The notes under the pieces: generated by a model | What the model was told of the DNA's origin: nothing | The model's database searches: none | Seen by the model: the letters and a program-made list of their open reading frames with translations, nothing else | Made by a program: the position numbers and the translations under genes | Shown: in pieces, positions 1 through 9,788 of the stretch | How positions within the stretch are numbered: position 1 is the stretch's first letter | Layout: each line of letters opens with the position of its first letter | Assembly: GCA_003166335.1 (NCBI GenBank) | Contig: PMWA01000031.1 | Coordinates: 1-27,864, forward strand | DNA: 27,864 bases | Source of the DNA: Methanobacterium sp. | GTDB lineage: Archaea; Methanobacteriota; Methanobacteria; Methanobacteriales; Methanobacteriaceae | Direction of reading: 5' to 3'

Positions 1-948
1 GAACAGGAGATTATGGAAACACCATCTAGATGGAGGAATTTCCCTGAAGTTAGAAAAGAGTACTGTATAGCGTGTGGAGCATGTACAGCTGCTTGCCCTG
101 CACCAATGGCTATAAAATTAGTGAGAAGCAGCGACACTAGTGAAGAAGAGGGTATAACTTATCCAGTTATAAACACTAGGGGTTGTATAAGATGTGGTTT
201 CTGCGCTGAAGTATGTCCAACTGACCCTAAAACCTTACTATGTGGTGAGAATCATCTTATACGGGAAGAATTCACCATTCTACCTGTAGATAAAATGTTT
301 GTAATGGATGATTACTTATGCATTAGATGTAAAAAGTGTTTGAATTCCTGTAAAGTCGGTGCAGTATCAGAAGTTGACGGGAAGATGGTTATAGATCAAT
401 CCAAATGCATAGCCTGCGGAGAATGCATTAAAAACTGCCCTGTTAAAGGTGCGATTAAAGGTGTATTCATCTCTCATGTTGAGGAGCAGAAGGAAATAAT
501 AAATCTTGTGGTGAATACGTTAGAAAATCGAATTAATGCAGAACAGGATAAAATTAAGGATTTAGAACCCGAAGAGGTTTACAAATTTGATTTCCCTATT
601 GATGAATTAGTTGAACAAGCCCGGGAGATTATACCTAAAGAGGAATTAATCAGAGATACTTTCGAGAAGATAACTGACCGTTTAAAAATGAGAGTCATTA
701 CTTGGGATGATGAAAAATGTAAAAGCTGCAAACTATGTGTTGATGAATGTCCAGTAGGCGCCATCACCTATGATGAGGATAAAGGAATTCAACGAGACCA
801 GGATAAATGTCTTAAATGCAGTACATGCTATCAGACATGCCCATTTGGAGTGGCTGGATTTTATGTGGCGAGATTCCTCCTATCAGAAGCAAAATTAGAT
901 GAAGGCGTAATACACGTAACGGTTAAACCATCCCAATTACCAGTATAA
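1..948 (+). CDS. ehaP: Eha-associated 6x[4Fe-4S] polyferredoxin (EhaP), probably 5'-truncated by the window edge
   Basis: Six CxxCxxCxxxC motifs. The frame is open from base 1 (EQEI-METP...). Gene order ehaP-Q-R-S-T matches the Methanothermobacter eha operon. ATG at 13 with AGGAG at 5-9 is an alternative start. Confidence 0.8.
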   Translation, partial: EQEIMETPSRWRNFPEVRKEYCIACGACTAACPAPMAIKLVRSSDTSEEEGITYPVINTRGCIRCGFCAEVCPTDPKTLLCGENHLIREEFTILPVDKMFVMDDYLCIRCKKCLNSCKVGAVSEVDGKMVIDQSKCIACGECIKNCPVKGAIKGVFISHVEEQKEIINLVVNTLENRINAEQDKIKDLEPEEVYKFDFPIDELVEQAREIIPKEELIRDTFEKITDRLKMRVITWDDEKCKSCKLCVDECPVGAITYDEDKGIQRDQDKCLKCSTCYQTCPFGVAGFYVARFLLSEAKLDEGVIHVTVKPSQLPV

Positions 949-953
949 AGGAG

Positions 954-2321
954 TTGTTTATTATACCAGAAAGCCAGAGCACCACTAAAAAATCACATAA
1001 ACCACTTAGAGAAGTTGAAGTTGAATATGAAGTGGATTATAAAAAATGTGAAATATGTCCGGATAAACCATGTCTTTTATCTTGCCCAGTAGATGCTTTA
1101 CACGAAATACCTCCAGATAATCGTATTGAAATAGATGAGAAATGTATTGGATGTGTGTTATGCAGGGAAGCATGTCCATATGATGCTATAAAGATGAGAA
1201 CCACCCTTGCAGAACCTGTAAGAGAAAATGTACCTAATATAAATGTTAAACTTTGCAGGCAATGCGGTGCCTGTGTTCAAGCGTGTAAAATGGGTGCTAT
1301 ACATCTTGAATCCACTGGTACTGAGGAAGCGCATAGTGTAATTGATGAGGATAAATGTGTTCGCTGCGGTTACTGCGCTAGAGCATGTCCAACCGAAGCT
1401 ATAAAGTATGGTGAAATCATGCCTCGGTCAGTGGTGGGTGGTAAAGCAATTGTGGTTGATCAAGAAGAATGTATAGGATGCATGACTTGTACTAGAGTCT
1501 GCCCTTCACGTGGAGCTATAAATGTTGGTGAAGTGAATAAATTACCATTCATAAATCCATCTTACTGCGCCCGGTGTGAGGAATGTATGAATGTTTGCCC
1601 CACTACATCCATTACATACTCTTCAAGGAAGAGAGCGTATGAAAAATTTAATAAAATTAAAACCATGGAGTTAGCCTCAGAAATCCTGGAGAAAGATACT
1701 AATAGGCTTTCTAAAGATGCGACTAGAATAAACATGATTTTCAATAAAATAGCTCGAGATGTAAGTTATCGTCATCTAGAGCCGGAGTTTGAAGAGGATG
1801 TGACTGATATTATAAAGGATGAAATCAGAGGTATGGTGGATGTAGGACTGGAAATAGAAGATATTGGGGAGATTATTGAAAGAACTAATCCTAAACGTGA
1901 AGTCACAGTTGTAGAGGAATTGTGTGTTGGTTGTGGTGCTTGTATTGAGGAATGTCCAGTGGAATGTATAGAGTTGGAGATGCCCTCCCCGATTCATATA
2001 GGTGAAGAATGTGTTTATTGTGGGAAATGTATTGATGTATGCCCTTTTGATGCTATAACTATTAGGGAAGAAGTTTTTTATTCTAATGAGGGTAGAATAT
2101 TCTTTTCTAGAGAAAAACTTGAGGGAACTCGGGTAGGTGAAGTAATTATAGAAGAATCATCTTGCCAATCCTGCGGTGTATGTGTTAATCGGTGTCCTGA
2201 AGGTGCTATGACTATTGAAGATGATAAAGTAATTATTGACGCAGAGAAATGTATTTTATGCGGTGTTTGTGAAGCAATATGTCCCGTTCGAGCTGTTAAA
2301 TTAAAAACCGAAAACATGTAA
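954..2321 (+). CDS. ehaQ: Eha-associated 10x[4Fe-4S] polyferredoxin (EhaQ); exact start codon uncertain
   Basis: Ten ferredoxin-type Cys motifs, the first atypical ([14 protein letters not shown]). Directly follows ehaP. Confidence 0.8.
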   Translation: MFIIPESQSTTKKSHKPLREVEVEYEVDYKKCEICPDKPCLLSCPVDALHEIPPDNRIEIDEKCIGCVLCREACPYDAIKMRTTLAEPVRENVPNINVKLCRQCGACVQACKMGAIHLESTGTEEAHSVIDEDKCVRCGYCARACPTEAIKYGEIMPRSVVGGKAIVVDQEECIGCMTCTRVCPSRGAINVGEVNKLPFINPSYCARCEECMNVCPTTSITYSSRKRAYEKFNKIKTMELASEILEKDTNRLSKDATRINMIFNKIARDVSYRHLEPEFEEDVTDIIKDEIRGMVDVGLEIEDIGEIIERTNPKREVTVVEELCVGCGACIEECPVECIELEMPSPIHIGEECVYCGKCIDVCPFDAITIREEVFYSNEGRIFFSREKLEGTRVGEVIIEESSCQSCGVCVNRCPEGAMTIEDDKVIIDAEKCILCGVCEAICPVRAVKLKTENM

Positions 2322-2418
2322 AAATTATTATTTTATAGATTTTAATTTTATTCTTTTTTATATTGATTAGTGAATCTGGATTAAATGGAAATTTTATGAT
2401 TGGAGGTAGGATGGAATT

Positions 2419-3444
2419 TTGAATAGAAGATTCTTTGTTTCTGATTGTGAAGGTCCTATATCTATAAATGATAATGCATTTGAATTATCTAGTTATTTTA
2501 TAGAGGATGGAGAAAAATTCTTTGAAATAATTAGTAAATATGATGATATTCTCGTTGAAGTGGTGAAAAGACAGGGTTATAATGCGGGAGGAACATTAAA
2601 ATTTATATTACCATTTTTAAAAGCTTACGGGGCAACAAATGATAATATAAAAAGTTTTTCACAGGAAAATGTGCTTTTAATACCTGGTGCTCTTGACACA
2701 CTTCAATATATATATAATTTAATGCCATCATTCATTGTAAGCACCAGTTACCAGCAATATATTCATGCTTTATGTGATTCAACAGGATTTCCCTATGAAA
2801 ATACCTATTCAACTCAGTTAGATATTGACAAATATAATTTATCATCAAAAGAGAAAAATCGATTAATGGAAATTAAAGAGGAAATAATAGATAATCCTGA
2901 ATTTGAAAATCTGGATAGAATATTCTGGGAGGAACTCCCTAAAATGAGTATAGGCAGAATTATTAAGGATGTTAATCCGATAGGTGGAGAAGGTAAAAAA
3001 AACGCTTTAAAAGATATAATAAGCAAATTTCAGTTTAACACATCAGATTTAGCATATGTGGGGGATAGTATAACTGATCTCCAACCTTTAAAATTCGCCT
3101 TTGAAAAAGGTGGATTGGCGATTTCCTTCAATGGTAATGAATATGCAGTCAAAGAAGCTGAAGTAGTTATTATGGCTGATAACACATTAATAATTTCCAT
3201 AATAGTTGATCTGTTTAATAAAGCAGGCAGAACTGGAGTCTTGGAATTTATAAATGCTTTTATTGATGATCCACAGTTAGCACTATTTAATTACCCTGTA
3301 GATCCTCAATTAACCCTGAAATTTCCTTCTATGAGTAATTCAAAAATAAGAATCGTAGACAGTGATAATTTAGACGAATTATTAGAAGAAAGTTTAAAAT
3401 ATCGTAAAAAGGTTAGAGGAGATATTATAGGGGGTTTAGGATAG
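2419..3444 (+). CDS. ehaR: EhaR, HAD-superfamily-like protein
   Basis: N-terminal FVSDCEGP (HAD motif I-like), IVSTS, and YVGDSITD (motif IV-like). Lies after ehaQ. Confidence 0.75.
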   Translation: MNRRFFVSDCEGPISINDNAFELSSYFIEDGEKFFEIISKYDDILVEVVKRQGYNAGGTLKFILPFLKAYGATNDNIKSFSQENVLLIPGALDTLQYIYNLMPSFIVSTSYQQYIHALCDSTGFPYENTYSTQLDIDKYNLSSKEKNRLMEIKEEIIDNPEFENLDRIFWEELPKMSIGRIIKDVNPIGGEGKKNALKDIISKFQFNTSDLAYVGDSITDLQPLKFAFEKGGLAISFNGNEYAVKEAEVVIMADNTLIISIIVDLFNKAGRTGVLEFINAFIDDPQLALFNYPVDPQLTLKFPSMSNSKIRIVDSDNLDELLEESLKYRKKVRGDIIGGLG

Positions 3445-3445
3445 T

Positions 3446-4345
3446 ATGCTTACAAGTTTAATTGAAAAAATGGTGGAGGATACTTATTCTGAAGTCTTCT
3501 CAGGAATATGCTGTCGAGTTATAATAACGGCTGATGATGATGAAACAATTAGTAGGGCAGCCTTTGACGCCACAGCCACTCCCGGTGCAGTTATTGGGAG
3601 AGTGGAAGGAGGTGTAGAAGCTTTTCTAAATGAAGATGAAACTCCTGATGGTAGAAGAGGTGCCATTTTACAATTCTGGTACAAAAAAGATGATTTAGAA
3701 AAATTTGAGTTAGAATTATCCTACCGTATTCGTCAGGATATTCTTGTAAAGCCATTTACGCGAATATTTGATGCTTCAATAAATCCTATAGGAATGATTG
3801 ATACTATGAAGCATGTGGGGCATTGTGGTGATGGATATGAATGGATAGAGCATTCATATGGACGTGATATGATTGTAATACCTATCGCCATACCTGATTT
3901 TATGATTGAACGTAAATTAGGTTATTCCAATGGATTTATGGGTGCCAACTTTTGGTACATGTGTCGTTCTAAAGAAGCAGTTATGAATGCCGGTAAAAAG
4001 GCTCTTAAAGCAATAAGTGAGGTTGAGGGAGTTATAACTCCTTTTGATATATGTTCAGCAATGTCTAAACCTGAGACTAATTATCCTTGGATTGGACCTA
4101 CTACTAACCATCCTTACTGCCCCTCCTTGAGAACCGTGCTTGGTAAACAGTCATTGATTCCTGAGGATGTTCATTATATTCCGGAAATTGTTATTAATGG
4201 TTTAAATGAGGATGTTGTTGAAGAATCCTTAATGGTAGGTATAAAGGCTGTATTAGATGTTGAGGATGTTTTAAGAGTATCTGCAGGAAATTATGAAGGA
4301 ATATTAGGTGATTATAAAATTTATTTAAGAGAGTTGTTTGAATGA
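3446..4345 (+). CDS. ehaS: Formylmethanofuran:H4MPT formyltransferase-like paralogue (EhaS/FtrII)
   Basis: Ftr-like motifs [39 protein letters not shown] and SAGNYEG. Position in the eha operon. Confidence 0.8.
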   Translation: MLTSLIEKMVEDTYSEVFSGICCRVIITADDDETISRAAFDATATPGAVIGRVEGGVEAFLNEDETPDGRRGAILQFWYKKDDLEKFELELSYRIRQDILVKPFTRIFDASINPIGMIDTMKHVGHCGDGYEWIEHSYGRDMIVIPIAIPDFMIERKLGYSNGFMGANFWYMCRSKEAVMNAGKKALKAISEVEGVITPFDICSAMSKPETNYPWIGPTTNHPYCPSLRTVLGKQSLIPEDVHYIPEIVINGLNEDVVEESLMVGIKAVLDVEDVLRVSAGNYEGILGDYKIYLRELFE

Positions 4346-5253
4346 GTCTTGATGTGGTAGGCTTTGGTGCTTTAAATGTAGATAAACTGTATCAAGTAAA
4401 TAGAATAGCTAAAGAGGATGAAGAAGTTTACATAAAAGATTTAAATTTATCATGTGGAGGATCAGCTGCTAATACTATGGTGGGGCTTTCAAGATTAGGA
4501 TTAAAAACTGGATATATTGGTAAAGTTTCAAATGATCCTGAAGGCAATCTTATATTGGAGAATCTTAAAAATGAGGATGTTAATACTAATGGAGTAATTA
4601 TAGGGGAAGGTAGAAGTGGTTGTGTAATGGGTTATGTAGATTTAAGTGGTCAAAGGGCATTATATGTTGATCCTGGAGTAAATGATTTAATTAAACCAGA
4701 AGAAATTAAAATTGAATATCTTAAAGATGTAAAAATCCTGCATCTTACATCATTTGTAGGTGAATCGATAAAAGCCCAGGAGGCACTTTTAGGGGAATTA
4801 CCCTCCACTGTGAATGTTAGTTTTGACCCGGGCAGGATATATGCTGAAAAAGGTTTAAGATATCTTAAAAAGATTTTGGAGAGAACTAATATACTCCTTA
4901 TAAATGAAGAGGAGTTAAAAATATTAACCAGTAAAAATAGCACATTTGAAGATAGGATCAATGCTTTAATGAACTATGAACTAGATTTAATTGTAGTTAA
5001 ACGTGGTGAGAAGGGTTGTTATGTTATGAATGTTAAGGAATCACATTCCATAGAGGCATTCCAGGTTAAATGCAAAGACACCACAGGTGCGGGAGATGCT
5101 TTTAACTCAGGATTCATTTATGGATTATTAGAAGGGAAAAACCTCTATAATTCCTGTGTTATAGGTAATTATGTGGCTGCTTGTTGTGTGGAAGAAATAG
5201 GTACTATAAATGGTCTTCCAGATTCCTCTAAAGTTAAAAAAAATACTTTATAA
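4342..5253 (+). CDS. ehaT: PfkB/ribokinase-family carbohydrate or nucleoside kinase (EhaT)
   Basis: GGSAAN, INEEE, VKRGEKG and DTTGAGDAF PfkB signatures. ATGA overlap with ehaS. Confidence 0.8.
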   Translation: MSLDVVGFGALNVDKLYQVNRIAKEDEEVYIKDLNLSCGGSAANTMVGLSRLGLKTGYIGKVSNDPEGNLILENLKNEDVNTNGVIIGEGRSGCVMGYVDLSGQRALYVDPGVNDLIKPEEIKIEYLKDVKILHLTSFVGESIKAQEALLGELPSTVNVSFDPGRIYAEKGLRYLKKILERTNILLINEEELKILTSKNSTFEDRINALMNYELDLIVVKRGEKGCYVMNVKESHSIEAFQVKCKDTTGAGDAFNSGFIYGLLEGKNLYNSCVIGNYVAACCVEEIGTINGLPDSSKVKKNTL

Positions 5254-5369
5254 ATTAAAAAAATAAGTAATAAGATTTAAAATATAAATTGATGGAATCT
5301 CTAAAAAATATTTATGATAATATTTATGATAAGTTAATGTAAAAAAACATTAACGGGGCAGTGTTATTT

Positions 5370-6134
5370 ATGGATATAACTTTTAAAAAGAAAAAACAAG
5401 ACCTTGAAGGGGAATTAAAGATTAAATCATTGGATATTGAGCACATTGATGAGGATTTCCAACCAGAAATAGAAAGCTGCGCATTAAAACAGAAATTCAT
5501 TACCATATCTCCTGAATGTGTAAGATGTAATCTCTGCGTGGAGGAATGTCCGGTTGAGGCGATAAATCCTTCAGAATCAACTAAATCTGCTAAAATCCTT
5601 TATAATTGTGTTAAATGTGAAATATGCGCTCAAACATGTCCTGTTAAAGCAGTTAAAGTTATAGAGAGTACATCAAGTATAGATGAAGATGTGAAATATC
5701 ATATTAAAGATTTAAAGATTCCTCACCGTAGATTAAGGATGAATGAGATTAAAGTAGATGAGGATAAATGTAAAACCTGTAATACTTGTATTAAATTCTG
5801 CCCCACTGAAGCAATAACAGTCGAAGAGGATGAGAAGGCTATAATAGATAAAAGTCTTTGTATAGGATGCGGTGCATGTGTCAATGTTTGCCCTGAAGAA
5901 GCTATAACTCTTGAACGTGATTTAGGACCAGTGATTAAAACTAAAGAACTCCTAATAGATCAGGAAACCTGTGTACAATGTCAAGTATGTGAGGAAAACT
6001 GTCCCATTGATGCTATAAAACTCGAAGGAGATAAAGTAACGCTTAATGAGGATAAATGTATATTATGTGATGTTTGTTCAACTAAATGCCCGGTAGGAGC
6101 ATTAAAACTGGAGAGATTGCCCCATGAAAGTTAA
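5370..6134 (+). CDS. 6x[4Fe-4S] polyferredoxin
   Basis: Six CxxCxxCxxxCP motifs. ATG 5370 preferred over GTG 5361. Confidence 0.85.
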   Translation: MDITFKKKKQDLEGELKIKSLDIEHIDEDFQPEIESCALKQKFITISPECVRCNLCVEECPVEAINPSESTKSAKILYNCVKCEICAQTCPVKAVKVIESTSSIDEDVKYHIKDLKIPHRRLRMNEIKVDEDKCKTCNTCIKFCPTEAITVEEDEKAIIDKSLCIGCGACVNVCPEEAITLERDLGPVIKTKELLIDQETCVQCQVCEENCPIDAIKLEGDKVTLNEDKCILCDVCSTKCPVGALKLERLPHES

Positions 6135-6759
6135 AGAAATAATGGATAAAGAATTTATAGTTGTATCGCCTGATCAAAAGGTTGATGAAGTATCAATCAA
6201 GATGGAAAAAAAAAGAAAATTCACCACTCCTGTTGTGGATGATGATGAGAAGCTTGTGGGATGGATTACCTCATTAGATGTAACTAGAGGCCTCAGAGAA
6301 CATAAAAAGAAAGTTAAAGATATTATGTATTCTAGAGAGGAAATTGTCCATGTTTATGAAAATGATACTGCCAGGTTAGCGGTTTTAGAAGCGTCTAAGC
6401 ATAAATTGGTTAGTATACCAGTACTTAATGAAGAAGAAGTTGTAGTTGGAGTTGTTAGAACCTTTGATATAGTGAAAACTCTATCTCAATTGTATGAAAT
6501 CAAAGTTTATAAAATTTTCGAGGCTATGGAACAGGAACTTAAGGGTGTAAGTTGGGATGAATTAATGGAAGCCTCTGCCATTGTTACCAAGAGGAGCACT
6601 GGTGAAAGAATCACCGCTGAAGAATATGAACAAAGAATTAGAAATTCCACATTTGGTGAGGCTATATGGGCAACTGGTGGGTTAGAAAAGTTTTTTGTAG
6701 GTTTCACAGCTATTGGAGAACTAGTAATTGCCAGGAAGGTTGCCAGAGCCAGAAAATAG
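6124..6759 (+). CDS. CBS-domain-pair protein with C-terminal extension
   Basis: KVKEIM...TTPVVD...LVGWIT and KVKDIM...SIPVLN...VVGVV CBS repeats. Overlaps the upstream stop. Confidence 0.85.
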   Translation: MKVKEIMDKEFIVVSPDQKVDEVSIKMEKKRKFTTPVVDDDEKLVGWITSLDVTRGLREHKKKVKDIMYSREEIVHVYENDTARLAVLEASKHKLVSIPVLNEEEVVVGVVRTFDIVKTLSQLYEIKVYKIFEAMEQELKGVSWDELMEASAIVTKRSTGERITAEEYEQRIRNSTFGEAIWATGGLEKFFVGFTAIGELVIARKVARARK

Positions 6760-6893
6760 AATTAATTCAATAATTATCATTGAATTTATATTCTACTTAT
6801 AATTTATTTAATTCTATAATTTTTTTTTAAATAGACTTTTTATTTTATTAACTCTTATTGAGCATTAGAAATCATTTTTTAAGTTTCAATCAA

Positions 6894-6908
6894 CCGGAAC
6901 CTATATAT
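6894..6908 (+). promoter_or_regulatory. Putative BRE-TATA promoter of the lyase/radical SAM unit
   Basis: CCGGAAC-CTATATAT immediately upstream of operator copy 1. Confidence 0.5.
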
Positions 6909-6909
6909 C

Positions 6910-6927
6910 AAATAACTATTGTTAATT
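6910..6927. promoter_or_regulatory. Palindromic sulfur-gene operator, copy 1
   Basis: AAATAACTATTGTTAATT, core TAAC-TATT-GTTA at 6913-6924. Confidence 0.65.
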
Positions 6928-7047
6928 AATATCTACCAGTGACTGAACTTAATAAAAATATTTTAAAAATAAATTATTTTCAATTTTCAGTTGAAGTTAA
7001 TAAAACTTCTTTTAAATGAAAATATTTAAGAATTAGGAGATAAATAA

Positions 7048-8175
7048 TTGAAATTCGATACAAAATCCATACATGAAGGCAGGAAACCGGATCCCCTTAC
7101 AGGAGCAATTTCCACACCCATATATCAAACTTCTACATTCGTATTCGAAGATTATGATAAACCAGGTGAACATGATTACTCCAGAACTAGCAACCCCACT
7201 AGAAGTGCACTGGGAGAAGCTATAGCTGGTTTAGAAGGTGGACACCAAGGATTTGCATTTTCAAGCGGCATGGCTGCTGTAACCACTGCGATACATCTTT
7301 TAAAAGCAGGAGATCATATTATATCGTGTGATGATCTTTATGGTGGTTCCCACAGACTTTTTTCGGAGATAATGACTAAATTCGGATTAGAATTCACTTT
7401 TATGAGGTTGGATGATGAAGAAAAAATTCAAGAAGCAATAAAACCCAATACTAAAATGATCTGGATAGAAACACCATCCAATCCATTATTAAACATAACA
7501 GATCTGGAAATGGTTTCCAGGATTGCTAAGGATAATGAAATACTGACTGCTGCAGATAATACTTTCTCAAGTCCATACTTCTTAAGACCTTTAGAATATA
7601 ATATTGATCTAGTAATACATTCCACAACCAAATATTTGAATGGACACTCAGATGTTATTGGAGGTGCAGTAGTTACGTCTAGTGAGGAGCTTTCAGAGGA
7701 AATTCAATTTCTTCTTAATGGAATGGGAACTAATGCATCACCATTAGACTCTTGGCTAGTCTTAAGAGGTATTAAAACTCTTCCTCTAAGGATGAAGAAA
7801 CATGCTAAAAATGCCATGACCATAGCCCAGTATTTAAGTGATCATCCAAGGGTTAAAGAAGTCTTCTATCCGGGATTAACATCTCATAAGGGACATGAAA
7901 TTGCTAAAAAACAGATGGATGGTTTTGGTGGAGTGGTGTCATTCAAAATAGATACAAATGTAGTTGAATTCCTCAGAGGGTTGGATATATTCGCTCTGGC
8001 TGAATCATTGGGAGGTGCGGATTCTTTGGTGGAACATGCAGCTACAATGAGTCATGCTTCTATGAATGAGGAGGTTAGGAATAAAGCAGGTATCACTGAT
8101 GATCTTATCCGATTATCAGTAGGTTTAGAGGATGTAAATGATCTTATTGAAGATTTAGATAAAGGATTCAAATGA
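7048..8175 (+). CDS. PLP-dependent Cys/Met metabolism enzyme (cystathionine gamma-synthase/gamma- or beta-lyase family)
   Basis: YSRTSNPT, FSSGMAA, ETPSNP, DNTF, HSTTKYLNGHSDV (PLP Lys), AESLGG and IRLSVGLE. TTG start after AGGAG. The exact reaction cannot be assigned by eye. Confidence 0.9.
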   Translation: MKFDTKSIHEGRKPDPLTGAISTPIYQTSTFVFEDYDKPGEHDYSRTSNPTRSALGEAIAGLEGGHQGFAFSSGMAAVTTAIHLLKAGDHIISCDDLYGGSHRLFSEIMTKFGLEFTFMRLDDEEKIQEAIKPNTKMIWIETPSNPLLNITDLEMVSRIAKDNEILTAADNTFSSPYFLRPLEYNIDLVIHSTTKYLNGHSDVIGGAVVTSSEELSEEIQFLLNGMGTNASPLDSWLVLRGIKTLPLRMKKHAKNAMTIAQYLSDHPRVKEVFYPGLTSHKGHEIAKKQMDGFGGVVSFKIDTNVVEFLRGLDIFALAESLGGADSLVEHAATMSHASMNEEVRNKAGITDDLIRLSVGLEDVNDLIEDLDKGFK

Positions 8176-8196
8176 TATATAAATAGAAGGATTATT

Positions 8197-9363
8197 TTGA
8201 TGAGTGAATTAACCAAATTAAAGATTGAACTACTCTGTAAAGGAATAAGAATAGATTCTAAAGAACCATATTACAGAGAAGTAGTGCCTGAGACATATGC
8301 TGAAGGAGGTAAATCTAGAGCTGGAGTAGCTGGTAGTGGCAAATCATTTCTTTTAGGTTGTGAAGAACCTTGCAATGTCGGAGTTTTACAGCCATTTCTC
8401 AAGGAATCACCTTACGCATTTAAAATAATAGATAACCAAGGTTGGATTCTAAAGAATGGTGAAAAAACTATTAAAGCCACATTAAGAGAACCAAAATGGC
8501 ACTCAACAGATCTTTTGAATGAAATCCAGTTACATGGAATAAATTCAATAGCCACTGCAATTTCTAATTCATGTATTTATAAAAAGCAAGGAGTTGGCTG
8601 TAAGTTCTGTATAATTGATGTTGGTCGAGAAGTAGTTTTTCATGACCCATATAAGATTGCAAGATCAATAGAAACAATCGAAAAAAATCCGGATCTCAGG
8701 TTATGTTTTGATATTGAAGATAAATATAATCCAAATCTTGATGAAGAAGAACTTTTAAGACGAAAAAGATACATAGAACCCAAAGATATTAATATAAATG
8801 CTGGAGCCCTTAAAAATGCAGTGGAAATTTATGGAAACACTATTTCACAGATAAAACGTGTTAGTAAACTTCCTATTTTCATAGAAATTGGTCCTATGAA
8901 TAAAGATAAAATTGAAACTCTTTATTCTGCTGGTAAAGATGCATTAAGTTTTAATTTAGAAGTTTATGATAAAAATGCAAGAAAAAATGTAATTCCAGGT
9001 AAAGCCAAGATTAATACTCCTGATGTATACTTCGACGCTATGAAAAATGCTTCTGATATAATTGGAGAAAATCAGGTAAGCTCTTGGATATTAATTGGAC
9101 TTGAGCCTCCTGAAAAAACCATAGAAGGGATCAAGAAAATAGCAGAAGCAGGTGCGATACCTCTGCCAAAACCGTTCAGACCGTTATACGGTGCAGATTA
9201 TGAAAAAAGAAAACCTCCTACAATAAAGGATGCGATTTTAATTTATACCGAATGGTTAGACACAATCAAAGAGTATGGTTTGAATCCTTTTAAAGCTAAA
9301 GCAGGTTGTGTACGATGTAACGCATGTTTTCCCATACGAGAATTATTGAAATATGGTATCTAG
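8197..9363 (+). CDS. Radical SAM protein with CX8CX2C motif, resembling the MSMEG_0568/biotin-synthase-like group
   Basis: C126-x8-C135-xx-C138 (CIYKKQGVGCKFC), SFNLE, ILIGLE, and C-terminal AGCVRCNAC. Start is TTG 8197 or ATG 8200. Confidence 0.8.
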   Translation: MMSELTKLKIELLCKGIRIDSKEPYYREVVPETYAEGGKSRAGVAGSGKSFLLGCEEPCNVGVLQPFLKESPYAFKIIDNQGWILKNGEKTIKATLREPKWHSTDLLNEIQLHGINSIATAISNSCIYKKQGVGCKFCIIDVGREVVFHDPYKIARSIETIEKNPDLRLCFDIEDKYNPNLDEEELLRRKRYIEPKDININAGALKNAVEIYGNTISQIKRVSKLPIFIEIGPMNKDKIETLYSAGKDALSFNLEVYDKNARKNVIPGKAKINTPDVYFDAMKNASDIIGENQVSSWILIGLEPPEKTIEGIKKIAEAGAIPLPKPFRPLYGADYEKRKPPTIKDAILIYTEWLDTIKEYGLNPFKAKAGCVRCNACFPIRELLKYGI

Positions 9364-9562
9364 TAAATATTTTAAAAATTTGAATAATAATGGTTTGGAA
9401 ATCTCTTTTAAGAGCAGATGCAGTTAAAATTGTTTTTTTCTATAAGAAATGAATATTTGCGTTATTTATTAGTTGGGGTTCATGTAATACCATGAGTTTT
9501 TAAATTTTGAATCTAAATTGGGTTAAAAAAATAATTAATGACAAATATATAAGTAAAAATTA

Positions 9563-9580
9563 ATATAACAATTGTTAATA
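9563..9580. promoter_or_regulatory. Palindromic sulfur-gene operator, copy 2 (upstream of thiI-thi4-MOSC)
   Basis: ATATAACAATTGTTAATA with perfect core TAACAATTGTTA at 9566-9577. TATA-like ATATATAA at 9545-9552. Confidence 0.7.
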
Positions 9581-9788
9581 TTTATTTTCATTTGATTACT
9601 TTAATCTATGAAACTAAAAATAACTAATTAAATGGGAAATAATGTTTGAAGAAGATATCTAATAATTAAAGAGTATAAATGTATATAAAAATGATTTAAA
9701 AATTTAGAACATAATTAAAAGTTTAAATTAACTATCACTTAACTTATTGGAAATTTAGAATGCAAACTCTATTGGAAGGAGATAAAAA

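Noticed and set aside
9477..9501. Hairpin TCATG-N6-CATGA followed by a T-run after the radical SAM gene
   Set aside because: A plausible but weak terminator more than 100 nt from the stop, with too little support to list as a feature.
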